A stretch of 30,813 nucleotides of DNA from an uncultured Deferribacteres bacterium (lineage in GTDB: Bacteria > Zhuqueibacterota > Zhuqueibacteria > Zhuqueibacterales > Geothermadaptataceae): positions 1-30,813 of the forward strand of contig CAXHAT010000086.1 in the NCBI GenBank assembly GCA_964014485.1, in the 5' to 3' direction. A program made the translations under genes and the position numbers. Shown here piece by piece: positions 17,756-25,814 of the stretch. The notes under the pieces are model-generated. The model was not told where the DNA came from. It was given only the letters and a program-made list of their open reading frames with translations, and made no database searches. The stretch's first letter is position 1. The number at the start of each line of letters is the position of its first letter.

Positions 17756-18834
17756 TAGTAAACTCCTACAACAACAGATTTTTTGAGTTCAGAAAACAGA
17801 CGCAGATTGCTCACCCCGTCCCACGGGTAGAGATCGATGGGTTCGGCGCGTTCTCCTTCATCGCGTTCAGCAAAACGCGGCATGAAAAACTCTTTTGTGA
17901 GCGTGGTCAAGAGCACGCGTCCGGTCGCGCCGTAAGGAACAGACTCGTCGAGATTCTTCGGGTTAACGATCTCAAAAATAGCGCGCGGGACGGGCGGGTA
18001 GTAGGTGATGGCGTAATTGTCTTCGGGCGTGTAGGGTTTGTGGCAAGCAAGTCCCATCAAAGTATTGCCGTAGGTCGGGACGAAATCAATTCCCGGGACA
18101 AGCTCTTCTCGCGCGAAGCGGTGGAATTGCGCGTTCATTTCCGTACCGCCGCAGAAAATGCCTTTAATGCCGTACTTGGTGAGTGAGATTTTTTCCGACA
18201 GCGCTTCAAGCAATTTGGGCGTGGTAAAAATGCACTGAATGTTATCATGGGCGCGCAGAATATTCAGGCCTTGATCGACGATATGGTCGCGGTACAACTG
18301 CATTTCTTGATGCTTGCCGGCCTTGATCAATTTGTTGACCCAGCGCGGGTCGAGATCGACGAAAAATGAAACGCCGCCGCGATGCTGGGCAAGATGCTCG
18401 ATGGCCAGACGCAGACGACGCGGGCCGGTGGGGCCGAGCATCAGCCAATCCGCGCCTTTGGGAAAACCCTCGTCCGAGAGCGTTTCGCTGAACAATTCAT
18501 AGTCAGTCTGAAAATCGTTAAAATTGATGCGCGACTTCGGCACGCCGGTGGAGCCCCCGGTTTCGAAGACGTACATCGGTTTGCCGAGCAAGCCTTTCGG
18601 TTGCCAGCGTCGGATCGGGCCGCCGCGCAGCCATTCATCCTCGAAGTGGCCGAGTAATTTCAAATCGTCGAATCCGCCGATTTTGTCGCGCGGGTCAAAG
18701 TCGAGCTTTTTTGCGTAGTTCAGCCAGAACTCGCATCCGGTTTCAGGGCTGAAATGCCACTTTACAATCTCGCGAACATGCGCGTCAAGTTTTGCTCGTT
18801 CTGCGGCGGATCGTTCTTTTAACTTCTCATTCAT
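17755..18834 (-). CDS. Truncated ANL-type adenylating protein (EhpF/GriC-like)
   Basis: WHFSPETGCEFW, P-loop ETGGSTGVPK, GPTGP, FFVDLDPRW, GGTEM, YGNTLMG and GRVLLTTLTKEFFMP..ERD. It is only 359 aa, with no C-terminal lid domain. Confidence 0.7.
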   Translation of the reverse strand: MNEKLKERSAAERAKLDAHVREIVKWHFSPETGCEFWLNYAKKLDFDPRDKIGGFDDLKLLGHFEDEWLRGGPIRRWQPKGLLGKPMYVFETGGSTGVPKSRINFNDFQTDYELFSETLSDEGFPKGADWLMLGPTGPRRLRLAIEHLAQHRGGVSFFVDLDPRWVNKLIKAGKHQEMQLYRDHIVDQGLNILRAHDNIQCIFTTPKLLEALSEKISLTKYGIKGIFCGGTEMNAQFHRFAREELVPGIDFVPTYGNTLMGLACHKPYTPEDNYAITYYPPVPRAIFEIVNPKNLDESVPYGATGRVLLTTLTKEFFMPRFAERDEGERAEPIDLYPWDGVSNLRLFSELKKSVVVGVY

Positions 18835-18945
18835 CGAAAAAATCCAACTGACTTTTCAATTCAGGGTGTTTGGTTTAACGCTGACAAATATAGTATTCAA
18901 AAAGAAAAAAGCTGATAAAAAAGGACGGAAACGGCTTCAAGAAAT

Positions 18946-19320
18946 GCTGCATCGATGATCGAAAAAGTTCCCGACCTGTCATTTTGAAAAGCAGAAGGTC
19001 GGCGCAGCAAAATCTCTGTTGTCGTCCGGTAAGGCTGCGATCATGGTTTCACTACCCGACACTTTTTGTATAGGCTTCTAAAACTGACGAAAAAGGCCGG
19101 AATTGTCATGCTGGAAGCATCTTTTTTGATCCGTACCCTTGAACGTTTGAGCACGATCTGTACTGGGCGATAACAAAGATTCCTGCAGAATGACAAAACG
19201 GGACCTTTCGACGGTTCGAAAATGCAGTTCACAAAAAAGTGTCAGGTAGAGAAATCATGGTTCATGGTTAGATTAAAAAAAGACGCTTCCGGCATGACGA
19301 TCTCGGACTTTCTCGGCAGC
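18946..19320. mobile_element. Outer TGTC-type element interrupted by a MITE
   Basis: Segments ~18977-19047 and 19254-19320, when joined, align with the uninterrupted element at 2411-2520. Confidence 0.65.
19048..19253. mobile_element. MITE with TIRs and 8-bp target-site duplication
   Basis: TIRs TTCACTACCCGACACTTTTTGT / ACAAAAAAGTGTCAGGTAGAGAA. ATCATGGT is present at 19040-19047 and 19254-19261. Confidence 0.8.
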
Positions 19321-19412
19321 TTTTAAGCGAGGAAAGACCAGTTCATTGCGGAGACGTTTAATCAAGTCCGGGCATATTTGGGAAGGTTTTGCAGGCAAAC
19401 AAAAAGCGGAAT

Positions 19413-19625
19413 TTAATGAGGCGGCGTATTCGGAACGTCATCTACGGCCAGCAGCATTGTGATCCGATCGATTTCGGCCTCCGTGGGCGGCCCCGGGAGG
19501 GAGACCAATTCGGCGACAAGCGCCGGGCCGTATTGCGATAGTGCGCGAATAACTTCTTTGCGTACAACAGGCGAATCGTCGCCGACTAGCTTCAAAAGGT
19601 TGGTCAAATCTTTTTTTCTGTCCAT
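19413..19625 (-). CDS. Small hypothetical protein with HEAT-like motif
   Basis: 70 aa; LLKLVGDDSPVVRKEVIRAL. Follows yceH on the same strand. Confidence 0.5.
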   Translation of the reverse strand: MDRKKDLTNLLKLVGDDSPVVRKEVIRALSQYGPALVAELVSLPGPPTEAEIDRITMLLAVDDVPNTPPH

Positions 19626-19664
19626 GTTGCCGATCCAATGTTGTGAGATAAAAACGCAGGTCAA

Positions 19665-20339
19665 TTATTCGAATTGCTGGCGAAAAGTCTCAAATTCTTC
19701 AGTCAGTTTTTCGAGCGCGCTGCGAAGGTTTGCAACTTCATTTTCTAAAGCCGTCAATTTGTCGGCTTGGTCGACAGGGGCGGCTGTTTCCGGCTCTTGC
19801 GGCGCATTTTCCATGGCGCTAAAATACGCCTCGAGCGATTTGGCGTCTTCCTTCAGGAGATGCAGGTAGCGCGCCTCTTTTTGCCCCGGCATGCGCGCCA
19901 GTTTGATGACCAATGCTTCCGGTTCTCTATTGCTCAGAACGTCCAAAGTTTCTTCAACTTGCGCCAGGCTTTCAAATGCGTGCATGCGTTCCGTCCGGCT
20001 TCTAAGCTCGCCGACTGTTTGCGCGCCTCGCAACATGAGCACAGCCATGAGTGCGACCGCTTCGGACGAGAGTCCGAGTTTTTCGCCAAGAATATGTTTA
20101 TAGCGGACGACGCGCCCGGTTCCGGTAACGCTGCGCACCCAACCTTTGTCGCGCAATTTCTCAAGCGTGTTTTCAATCTGCGCTTCAGTATAATCCGTCA
20201 CCGGTGAGCGGTTTGACTTCTGATTGCAGGCGTTGCAAAGGGCGTTTACGGAAAGCGGATAATATGCCGGCGTCGTCATCTTCTTTTCGATCAATGCGCC
20301 GAGAATTCTTACCTCGATAGCGCTCAGTTTTTCTTTCAT
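19665..20339 (-). CDS. yceH: YceH/DUF480 (UPF0502) family protein
   Basis: EVRILGALIEK..TTPAYYPLSVNAL.NACNQKSNRSPV, LMLRGAQTVGELRSRTERM, PGQKEARYLHL and a C-terminal coiled coil. Confidence 0.92.
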   Translation of the reverse strand: MKEKLSAIEVRILGALIEKKMTTPAYYPLSVNALCNACNQKSNRSPVTDYTEAQIENTLEKLRDKGWVRSVTGTGRVVRYKHILGEKLGLSSEAVALMAVLMLRGAQTVGELRSRTERMHAFESLAQVEETLDVLSNREPEALVIKLARMPGQKEARYLHLLKEDAKSLEAYFSAMENAPQEPETAAPVDQADKLTALENEVANLRSALEKLTEEFETFRQQFE

Positions 20340-20539
20340 GACGGAATCCTTTTGCTCTTATCATCCATGATAAGGCGCTCCAACGTCTCCATGCGCTTTT
20401 CAAGCCGCTGAAGGTATTCGATAATCACCGCATGAGTATACTGCGCATCAATTCCGACTGGCGAATCGACGTGGCTGATTTTGTTGATTAAGTCCGAGTA
20501 CTCAGACTTTGGTTTTTCGAGAGGCTTTGAAGTTTGCAT
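20336..20539 (-). CDS. Small hypothetical protein
   Basis: 67 aa (DSPVGIDAQYTHAVIIEYL plus short coiled coil). ATGA overlap with yceH. Confidence 0.7.
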   Translation of the reverse strand: MQTSKPLEKPKSEYSDLINKISHVDSPVGIDAQYTHAVIIEYLQRLEKRMETLERLIMDDKSKRIPS

Positions 20540-20633
20540 GAATTTATGTTTTGTCGTTTATGTTAAGCCCAATTTCGCCTTTTTCTGTATTCAAGTTTTC
20601 TGGTTGATCCGGTTAAAAATGGATTTCCGTCAA

Positions 20634-20836
20634 TTCCCAATTTGACACTTTTTTTAGGCGTCTAAAGTTGGCTAAAAAGGCCGGAATTGTCATGCTGTAA
20701 GCATCTTTTTTGACCCAACCCTTGAACTTTTGGGCGTGATCTGTACTGGGCGATAACAAAGATTCCTACAGAATGACAAAACGAGGCCTTTCGACGACTC
20801 GAAAATGCAATTTACAAAAAAGTATCAGGTAGAGAG
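20634..20836. mobile_element. Second copy of the 19048-19253 MITE
   Basis: Co-linear over ~200 bp in the same orientation. The left TIR is degenerate. Confidence 0.8.
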
Positions 20837-20869
20837 TTCCGCCGCAATACTTTGCGTCTGAATCGCCGC

Positions 20870-22231
20870 CTACTTTTTCCCAAAAAGTTTTGTCAAAAGA
20901 AAAGCCATTTCAAGGCTTTGCGAATAGTTGAGTCGGGGATCGCAATAGGTCGCGTAGTTTTTGTGCAGATCGTCGCTCGTCAGTTCCATCGCCCCGCCGA
21001 TGCACTCCGTCACATCTTCTCCGGTCAATTCCAAATGAACGCCGGAAAGCCGCGTTCCCGCCTCTTGGTGAATGCGTCCGGCGTGCTGTAATTCTCTCAC
21101 GATGGCGGAGAAGTCACGCGATTTCCTTCTGCCCGCAACGGTGATGATGTTGCCGTGCATCGGGTCGCAACTCCAGAGGACGCGCTTATTCAAAGCGTTC
21201 ACTTTTTTAATCAGTCCAGGCAGCGATGACTCGATTCTTTCCGCGCCCATTCTCGTGATTAGCGTAATGCGCCCGGCTTCATTTTCCGGATTCAGAATCT
21301 GCAAAAGTTCTGCAAGTTCTTCGCCGTCACAAGTCGGGCCGATTTTGACGCCAATCGGGTTTTTGACGCCGCGAAAATATTCAACGTGCGCCGAATCGAC
21401 CGCCCGCGTTCGTTCGCCAATCCAAAGAAAATGGGCGCCGACATTGTAAAAATTGCCGGTACGGGAATCGCGTCTGGTCAAGGCTTCCTCATAGCCCAAA
21501 AGCAGGCCTTCGTGAGAGGTAAAGAAATCGACTTTCCCCAAGGCCTCGGAGCGCGCCCCGCCGAGCGATTCCAGAAAGTTTATCGCATCCAAAACGTTGC
21601 CGGCAATTTGCTCGTAATCGCGCCATTTCTCGGTTTTCTCTATTGAGTGGAGCTTCCAGTTGTAAGGATTATGCAAGTCCGCGAAGCCGCCGCCGATCAT
21701 GGCCCGAATGAAATTTAGCGTAGCCGATGAGTGGAAATAACTTTGGAGCAGGCGCTGCGGGTCAGGCGTTCTGTTGGCGCTGTTTTGGGAATAGCCGTTC
21801 ACGCTGTCGCCGCGATAATTCGGCATTTCCGCGCCGTCGACAATCTGCATTTCCTGTGAGCGCGGCTTGGCGTATTGCCCGGCGATTCGGCCGAGCCGGA
21901 TGATTGGCGTGCGCAGACCGTAAGTCAGAATCACGCTCATTTGCAGAATAATCTTCAATTGATTCATCAAAACGCGCGCGTTGCAATCAATGAATCGCTC
22001 GGCGCAATCGCCCGCTTGCAGGAGAAATCCCTTGCCTTTGCTTGCCGAAGCGAGCTGGGCCTTGAGCACGTCAATTTCGCCTGAAGAGACGAGAGGAGGG
22101 TAGGTTTTGAGTTTGGTTATGACCTCGTTGTACGCCTCAAGGTCAGGATATCTGGGTTGTTGCAAGGCCGGGAATTTTTGCCAACCGTCTTTCTCCCAGG
22201 CCGAATCTTGCCGTTGATTTATAATCGCCAA
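20870..22231 (-). CDS. Class II DAHP synthase (3-deoxy-7-phosphoheptulonate synthase)
   Basis: LQAGDCAE, GRIAGQYAKPRS, YRGDSVN, FFTSHEGLLLGYE, AHFLWIGERTR, CDPMHGN and CDPRLN. Confidence 0.96.
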   Translation of the reverse strand: MAIINQRQDSAWEKDGWQKFPALQQPRYPDLEAYNEVITKLKTYPPLVSSGEIDVLKAQLASASKGKGFLLQAGDCAERFIDCNARVLMNQLKIILQMSVILTYGLRTPIIRLGRIAGQYAKPRSQEMQIVDGAEMPNYRGDSVNGYSQNSANRTPDPQRLLQSYFHSSATLNFIRAMIGGGFADLHNPYNWKLHSIEKTEKWRDYEQIAGNVLDAINFLESLGGARSEALGKVDFFTSHEGLLLGYEEALTRRDSRTGNFYNVGAHFLWIGERTRAVDSAHVEYFRGVKNPIGVKIGPTCDGEELAELLQILNPENEAGRITLITRMGAERIESSLPGLIKKVNALNKRVLWSCDPMHGNIITVAGRRKSRDFSAIVRELQHAGRIHQEAGTRLSGVHLELTGEDVTECIGGAMELTSDDLHKNYATYCDPRLNYSQSLEMAFLLTKLFGKK

Positions 22232-22369
22232 TGGAAAATCGTCCTTTTATTGTTTCAATGTGCCTTAAAACGGCCAAAGCGCAAATTTACAAAAAGTTCA
22301 AATATAAGAGTGTACTTAACAAATGCAACCGGAGCGTCTTGCGCTTGTTCGAAAAACGACGACGTCTTC

Positions 22370-23302
22370 TTACTCGCTGTTGTAATCGTTTTCGTTCTTC
22401 AATGTAATGCGCTCTCGGTAGAGCTGCCCAATTTGAGCGCCAAGCAGGAAAACGGTTGAGGCGTAGTAAAGCCAAAAACTTGAAGCCACAATGAAAAGAT
22501 ATGTCCCGTAAATATTCCTCAGGGTGGCGAAATGGCTGACGTAATAGCCAAAGAGTGATTGTGCGATAATCCAGAAGAGCGTTGCCCACAAAGCGCTGAT
22601 TGAAAGAACTTTGAAATTCAGTTTTTCATAAGGAACAAGCCAATAAAGCAAAATGGACAGCAAAAAAATTATGCCCCACGGCATTACATTGATCACGACG
22701 GGGTTAACGGCGTTCAACTGCAAACGGCTTAACAATTCCGAAGTGTCGGCAAGTTCTGAGATATATGCCAGGGCCGGAAAGGCGACCACGAGAACTATGA
22801 GCGCGACAAGCACGAGGGCGACCATGCCAAAGTCGCGCAATTTTTCTTTCCAAATCGTTTTTTTGGATTCGGTTTGAAAAATGGTGTTCAAAGCCGTTCG
22901 CATGCTGCTGAAAAGGCCGCTTGCCGCGACGAAAACGCCAATTCCACCAAAAAGTCCGGCGGCGTTTTTGTGCAAAACAACTTCCGCGATACGTGAAAAA
23001 ACGAATTCACGGACTGGCCCGGCAAATTCCTGGTAGGGCAAGATCGTCGTCAAAAAATGATCGACTTGCCGAGCAATGGATTGTGATTCGAAAACTTGAC
23101 CGAGAACGGCAAATATGACGAGAACAAGCGGGACGATGCAAACGAATACGGAGAAGGTGAGGCCGCCTGCAAGCAGCAAAAGGTGATTTTCGCCTATTTT
23201 CTGAAACAAGCCGAACACGTAGTAAACGAACCTATCCAGAAGCGCGCCGGAAGACTTTGCAGGCTTGGGAGTCGGTGAAATCCGTTCTTTCTTTTGCGGC
23301 AT
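22370..23302 (-). CDS. YihY/virulence factor BrkB family membrane protein
   Basis: LAGGLTF, SMRTALNTIF, LYWLVP, IYGT..F...FWLYY and LLGAQI, with 6+ TMs. Start taken at ATG 23302. Confidence 0.88.
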   Translation of the reverse strand: MPQKKERISPTPKPAKSSGALLDRFVYYVFGLFQKIGENHLLLLAGGLTFSVFVCIVPLVLVIFAVLGQVFESQSIARQVDHFLTTILPYQEFAGPVREFVFSRIAEVVLHKNAAGLFGGIGVFVAASGLFSSMRTALNTIFQTESKKTIWKEKLRDFGMVALVLVALIVLVVAFPALAYISELADTSELLSRLQLNAVNPVVINVMPWGIIFLLSILLYWLVPYEKLNFKVLSISALWATLFWIIAQSLFGYYVSHFATLRNIYGTYLFIVASSFWLYYASTVFLLGAQIGQLYRERITLKNENDYNSE

Positions 23303-23336
23303 TGTGGGTGGAATCGTGGCCTTGTGTGAGGGCAAT

Positions 23337-23410
23337 AAAAAAGCCAGCCGGAAGCATGGGGCGACTGGGGGGCGCCGAAACGCCTGTTGCTTCCACACTA
23401 TCCGACCGGC
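23337..23410 (-). ncRNA. Candidate ~75-nt small RNA or terminated leader
   Basis: Closed stem GCCGGTC/GGCTGGC plus GGAAGCA/TGCTTCC with a C-rich internal region, ending in T6. It begins 7 nt after a predicted -10 box. Confidence 0.5.
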
Positions 23411-23416
23411 GTTATT

Positions 23417-23445
23417 ATCATGACAATTGTATCAATCAATGTCAA
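23417..23445 (-). promoter_or_regulatory. Sigma70-type promoter
   Basis: TTGACA (23445-23440), a 17-nt spacer ending TGT, then CATGAT (23422-23417). Confidence 0.6.
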
Positions 23446-23476
23446 GATTTTTGTGAATGTTGAACATTAAGATTTC

Positions 23477-23756
23477 AGCTAACTGACGTTACGCGTCAGT
23501 TTTGTAATACAGCAACCGATTACGTCATTCCCGTGAAGGCGCATCACAGTCAACCTGATTTCGAGACGCCCAATTCTCGTTCCCAATCTCTGGATTGGGA
23601 ACGCAGTTGCATTCGAAACTCCAGTTTCGAGTAATTTCTTGGCTCGAAACTGGAGTTTCTCGCCCATTTTCATTTCCAAACCGGAGTTTGGGAATGAGCC
23701 ATAATGATGCACTTGAGTCTTGGGAAATGGTCTGCCGTCCGTAACATCAGCTAGCT
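23477..23756. mobile_element. Composite MITE-like element with nested palindromes
   Basis: Outer IR AGCTAACTGACGTTACG / CGTAACATCAGCTAGCT (15/17). It contains a half CGTCATTCCCG repeat (~23523) and a four-hairpin CTCGTTCCCAA...TTGGGAATGAG element (23576-23698). Confidence 0.7.
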
Positions 23757-25428
23757 AATCAATGCGATAGGGGTCATTCCAGTAAAAAACCGTCGCGCCT
23801 TCGGGGGCGCCAATCCAAATGTAATCGCCGTCGAGTTCAAGCGCCAAAACACGGTTGTCGAGCAGGCCGTCGATGCGGGTGAATACACGCCAAAAACGCT
23901 CTTTACGATTAAATTTGTAGAGTCCGGAATCCGTGCCCGCCCAAACCGCGTCATCGTCCGCGGCAATGGCATTGACGATTCCAGGCAAATCGTCTTTTCG
24001 TTCCGGCAGGCCAAGCCATTGATGATTTTTGAAATTGTACCCTTCCACGCTGCCTTCGCCGCCAAACCAAATTTCATCGCCGCTGCGCGCGAGACAGGTG
24101 ACTAAATTATTGTACGGCCCTTCCGCCGAGCCAAAAAATTTGCCTCGACCCGTTTTAATTTCGTATCGATAGATTCCGAGACGCGTCGTCGCCCAAAGCG
24201 TATCTTCCACCGCGACAACGTCAAACACCGGCTGCGAAATCAGGTGCTTGCGCGCGATTTCTTCGATTTTCAAGCTGTCGGAATTGATGGAATGAATTTG
24301 AATTAAACTGATCCCCGCGTCAGTTGCGGCCCAGAGCGAATCGCCCGCGATTTCTACATCATGCACCCACTCGTCCACGAGACCGTGCCCTTGCGTGATT
24401 TGCGTCCAGCGATCTCGGCGTTTATCGTAAATATTGATTCCAAAACGATTGGCGAAATAGACTTTCTCACGGTCGAATTTGATACGGTTGACCTGATCGC
24501 TCAAAATCGAAGCGTTAAACTGCGATTCAAAATACCGCCACTCCTTTCTTCGCTGATCCCAGAAAGTGACGCCGGATTCTTCCGGTTCGTCGTTACGCCC
24601 GGCAAACCAAACGCCGTCTTCGTCGAAGCCGATGGCGTCAACGCGCGGGCTGTAAAGTCCGTATGGCCTCAGCTCCAAATGTTTCGTGTCAATGTCGCCG
24701 TTCAGCACGCCGAAACGGAAAGTCCCCATCCAGATGTTCGACCATCTGTCCTTCGCTGCGCTGGTTATCGGCGCTTCCCGGAGTTGCGTATCTTTGATGA
24801 AGCCTTCCGGTTCAAAAAAATATCCAAAGCTGATAAAATAATGCGGGAAGGGCGGCCGTTCATAGGCTCTCTGGCCGTACCATTTTCTGCCGCCGCCTTG
24901 TCCGTCGTTATTCGGAAAGCCGATTCCGCCGTATTTGTTCATGGCTACCTGCCTGCCGCCCGCCGTCACAAAAAGCAGATCATCTTCCCCGACCCCGATG
25001 CTGACGACGTCGTCATATTCCGAAAGTCCAAGATTTGTTTTAAAAGTATTTTGCCAACGTCGTGAGGCGGGCTGGTAATATCCGATGCTGGTCTTCGTGG
25101 CGCACCAGAGATAGCTGTTGGATTCGTCGAAGGCGATTGCCGTCACAAAATTGTCAGCCAAGCCGTTACTCGTGGTAAACGGAAAATCCCATTCCCGGGA
25201 GAAAAAATTGTAGCGCGCCAGTCCGCCGCCGGCCGTGCCAAAATAGGCGAATTGCAAGCCGACCGCGACGGCGGTGGTGAATCGCGTAACGCCGTAGCTG
25301 ATCCAATCGCCTTCTTCATACTTCGGATTTGTGCCGTCAATCCGAAGATTTCGATCCTGGGCAAACAGGAAAGAAGCCGTGGAGAGTATAAGCAACGCTG
25401 TGCGACAGCTTTTTTTCAGGGTGTACAT
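23755..25428 (-). CDS. Exported beta-propeller repeat protein (two-component-regulator-propeller-like)
   Basis: Signal peptide from MYTLKK; repeated GL.DN.V.AIA.D...LW.(A/G)T..G motifs. Confidence 0.75.
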   Translation of the reverse strand: MYTLKKSCRTALLILSTASFLFAQDRNLRIDGTNPKYEEGDWISYGVTRFTTAVAVGLQFAYFGTAGGGLARYNFFSREWDFPFTTSNGLADNFVTAIAFDESNSYLWCATKTSIGYYQPASRRWQNTFKTNLGLSEYDDVVSIGVGEDDLLFVTAGGRQVAMNKYGGIGFPNNDGQGGGRKWYGQRAYERPPFPHYFISFGYFFEPEGFIKDTQLREAPITSAAKDRWSNIWMGTFRFGVLNGDIDTKHLELRPYGLYSPRVDAIGFDEDGVWFAGRNDEPEESGVTFWDQRRKEWRYFESQFNASILSDQVNRIKFDREKVYFANRFGINIYDKRRDRWTQITQGHGLVDEWVHDVEIAGDSLWAATDAGISLIQIHSINSDSLKIEEIARKHLISQPVFDVVAVEDTLWATTRLGIYRYEIKTGRGKFFGSAEGPYNNLVTCLARSGDEIWFGGEGSVEGYNFKNHQWLGLPERKDDLPGIVNAIAADDDAVWAGTDSGLYKFNRKERFWRVFTRIDGLLDNRVLALELDGDYIWIGAPEGATVFYWNDPYRID

Positions 25429-25547
25429 AAAATCTTTTATCGCTTGGAATAGTTTGCGCTCAAAGTTCAAGAAGCGGATCAAAAGAGACGCTTGCGACTC
25501 GACGATTCGGGGGCTTTGCAACCGTCTTAAAGAAAGCCCCATCATAG

Positions 25548-25738
25548 TACTATAACGTTAAGTTAGCCTCAAAAACTGGCTGATTTCCATTCAGGAGCGC
25601 TTCAAAAGCAGCCTGAAGGCTGAACTACAAACGACTGTGCTTCCCTTACGCTCAGAATTGGCAGAACGCATTGTCGTTTGTAGTTCAAGCTTTAGCTTGT
25701 TTTGCTAAACGTTTCGAGGCGGACTTAACGTTGTAGTA
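25548..25738. mobile_element. MITE-like element enclosing a GTAG REP doublet
   Basis: TIR TACTATAACGTTAAGTTAGCCTCAAAA / TTTCGAGGCGGACTTAACGTTGTAGTA (23/27). Inner CAGCCTGAAGGCTGAACTACAAACGAC / GTCGTTTGTAGTTCAAGCTTTAGCTTG. Confidence 0.8.
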
Positions 25739-25814
25739 ATAGTTACCCGCGCTTTTGAACTCTGTTCCCGAGCCGGCTTAATGTTGCATTTAAAAAGCTT
25801 GTAAGCAACTTGTT

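Noticed and set aside
20870..22231. DAHP synthase as part of a phenazine-like cluster with the EhpF-like operon
   Set aside because: It is separated by unrelated genes and no phz or other pathway genes are present. A housekeeping role is sufficient.
23303..23398. Extended yihY N-terminus from GTG 23398
   Set aside because: It runs through a terminator-like RNA structure. ATG 23302 is more plausible.
23337..23410. SRP RNA or tRNA identity for the sRNA candidate
   Set aside because: GGAAGCA is present, but the SRP helix-8 tetraloop context and the tRNA T/D-loop motifs are absent.
25429..25545. Extended N-terminus of the propeller protein
   Set aside because: A signal peptide begins at Met 25428, and the upstream part abuts a MITE.
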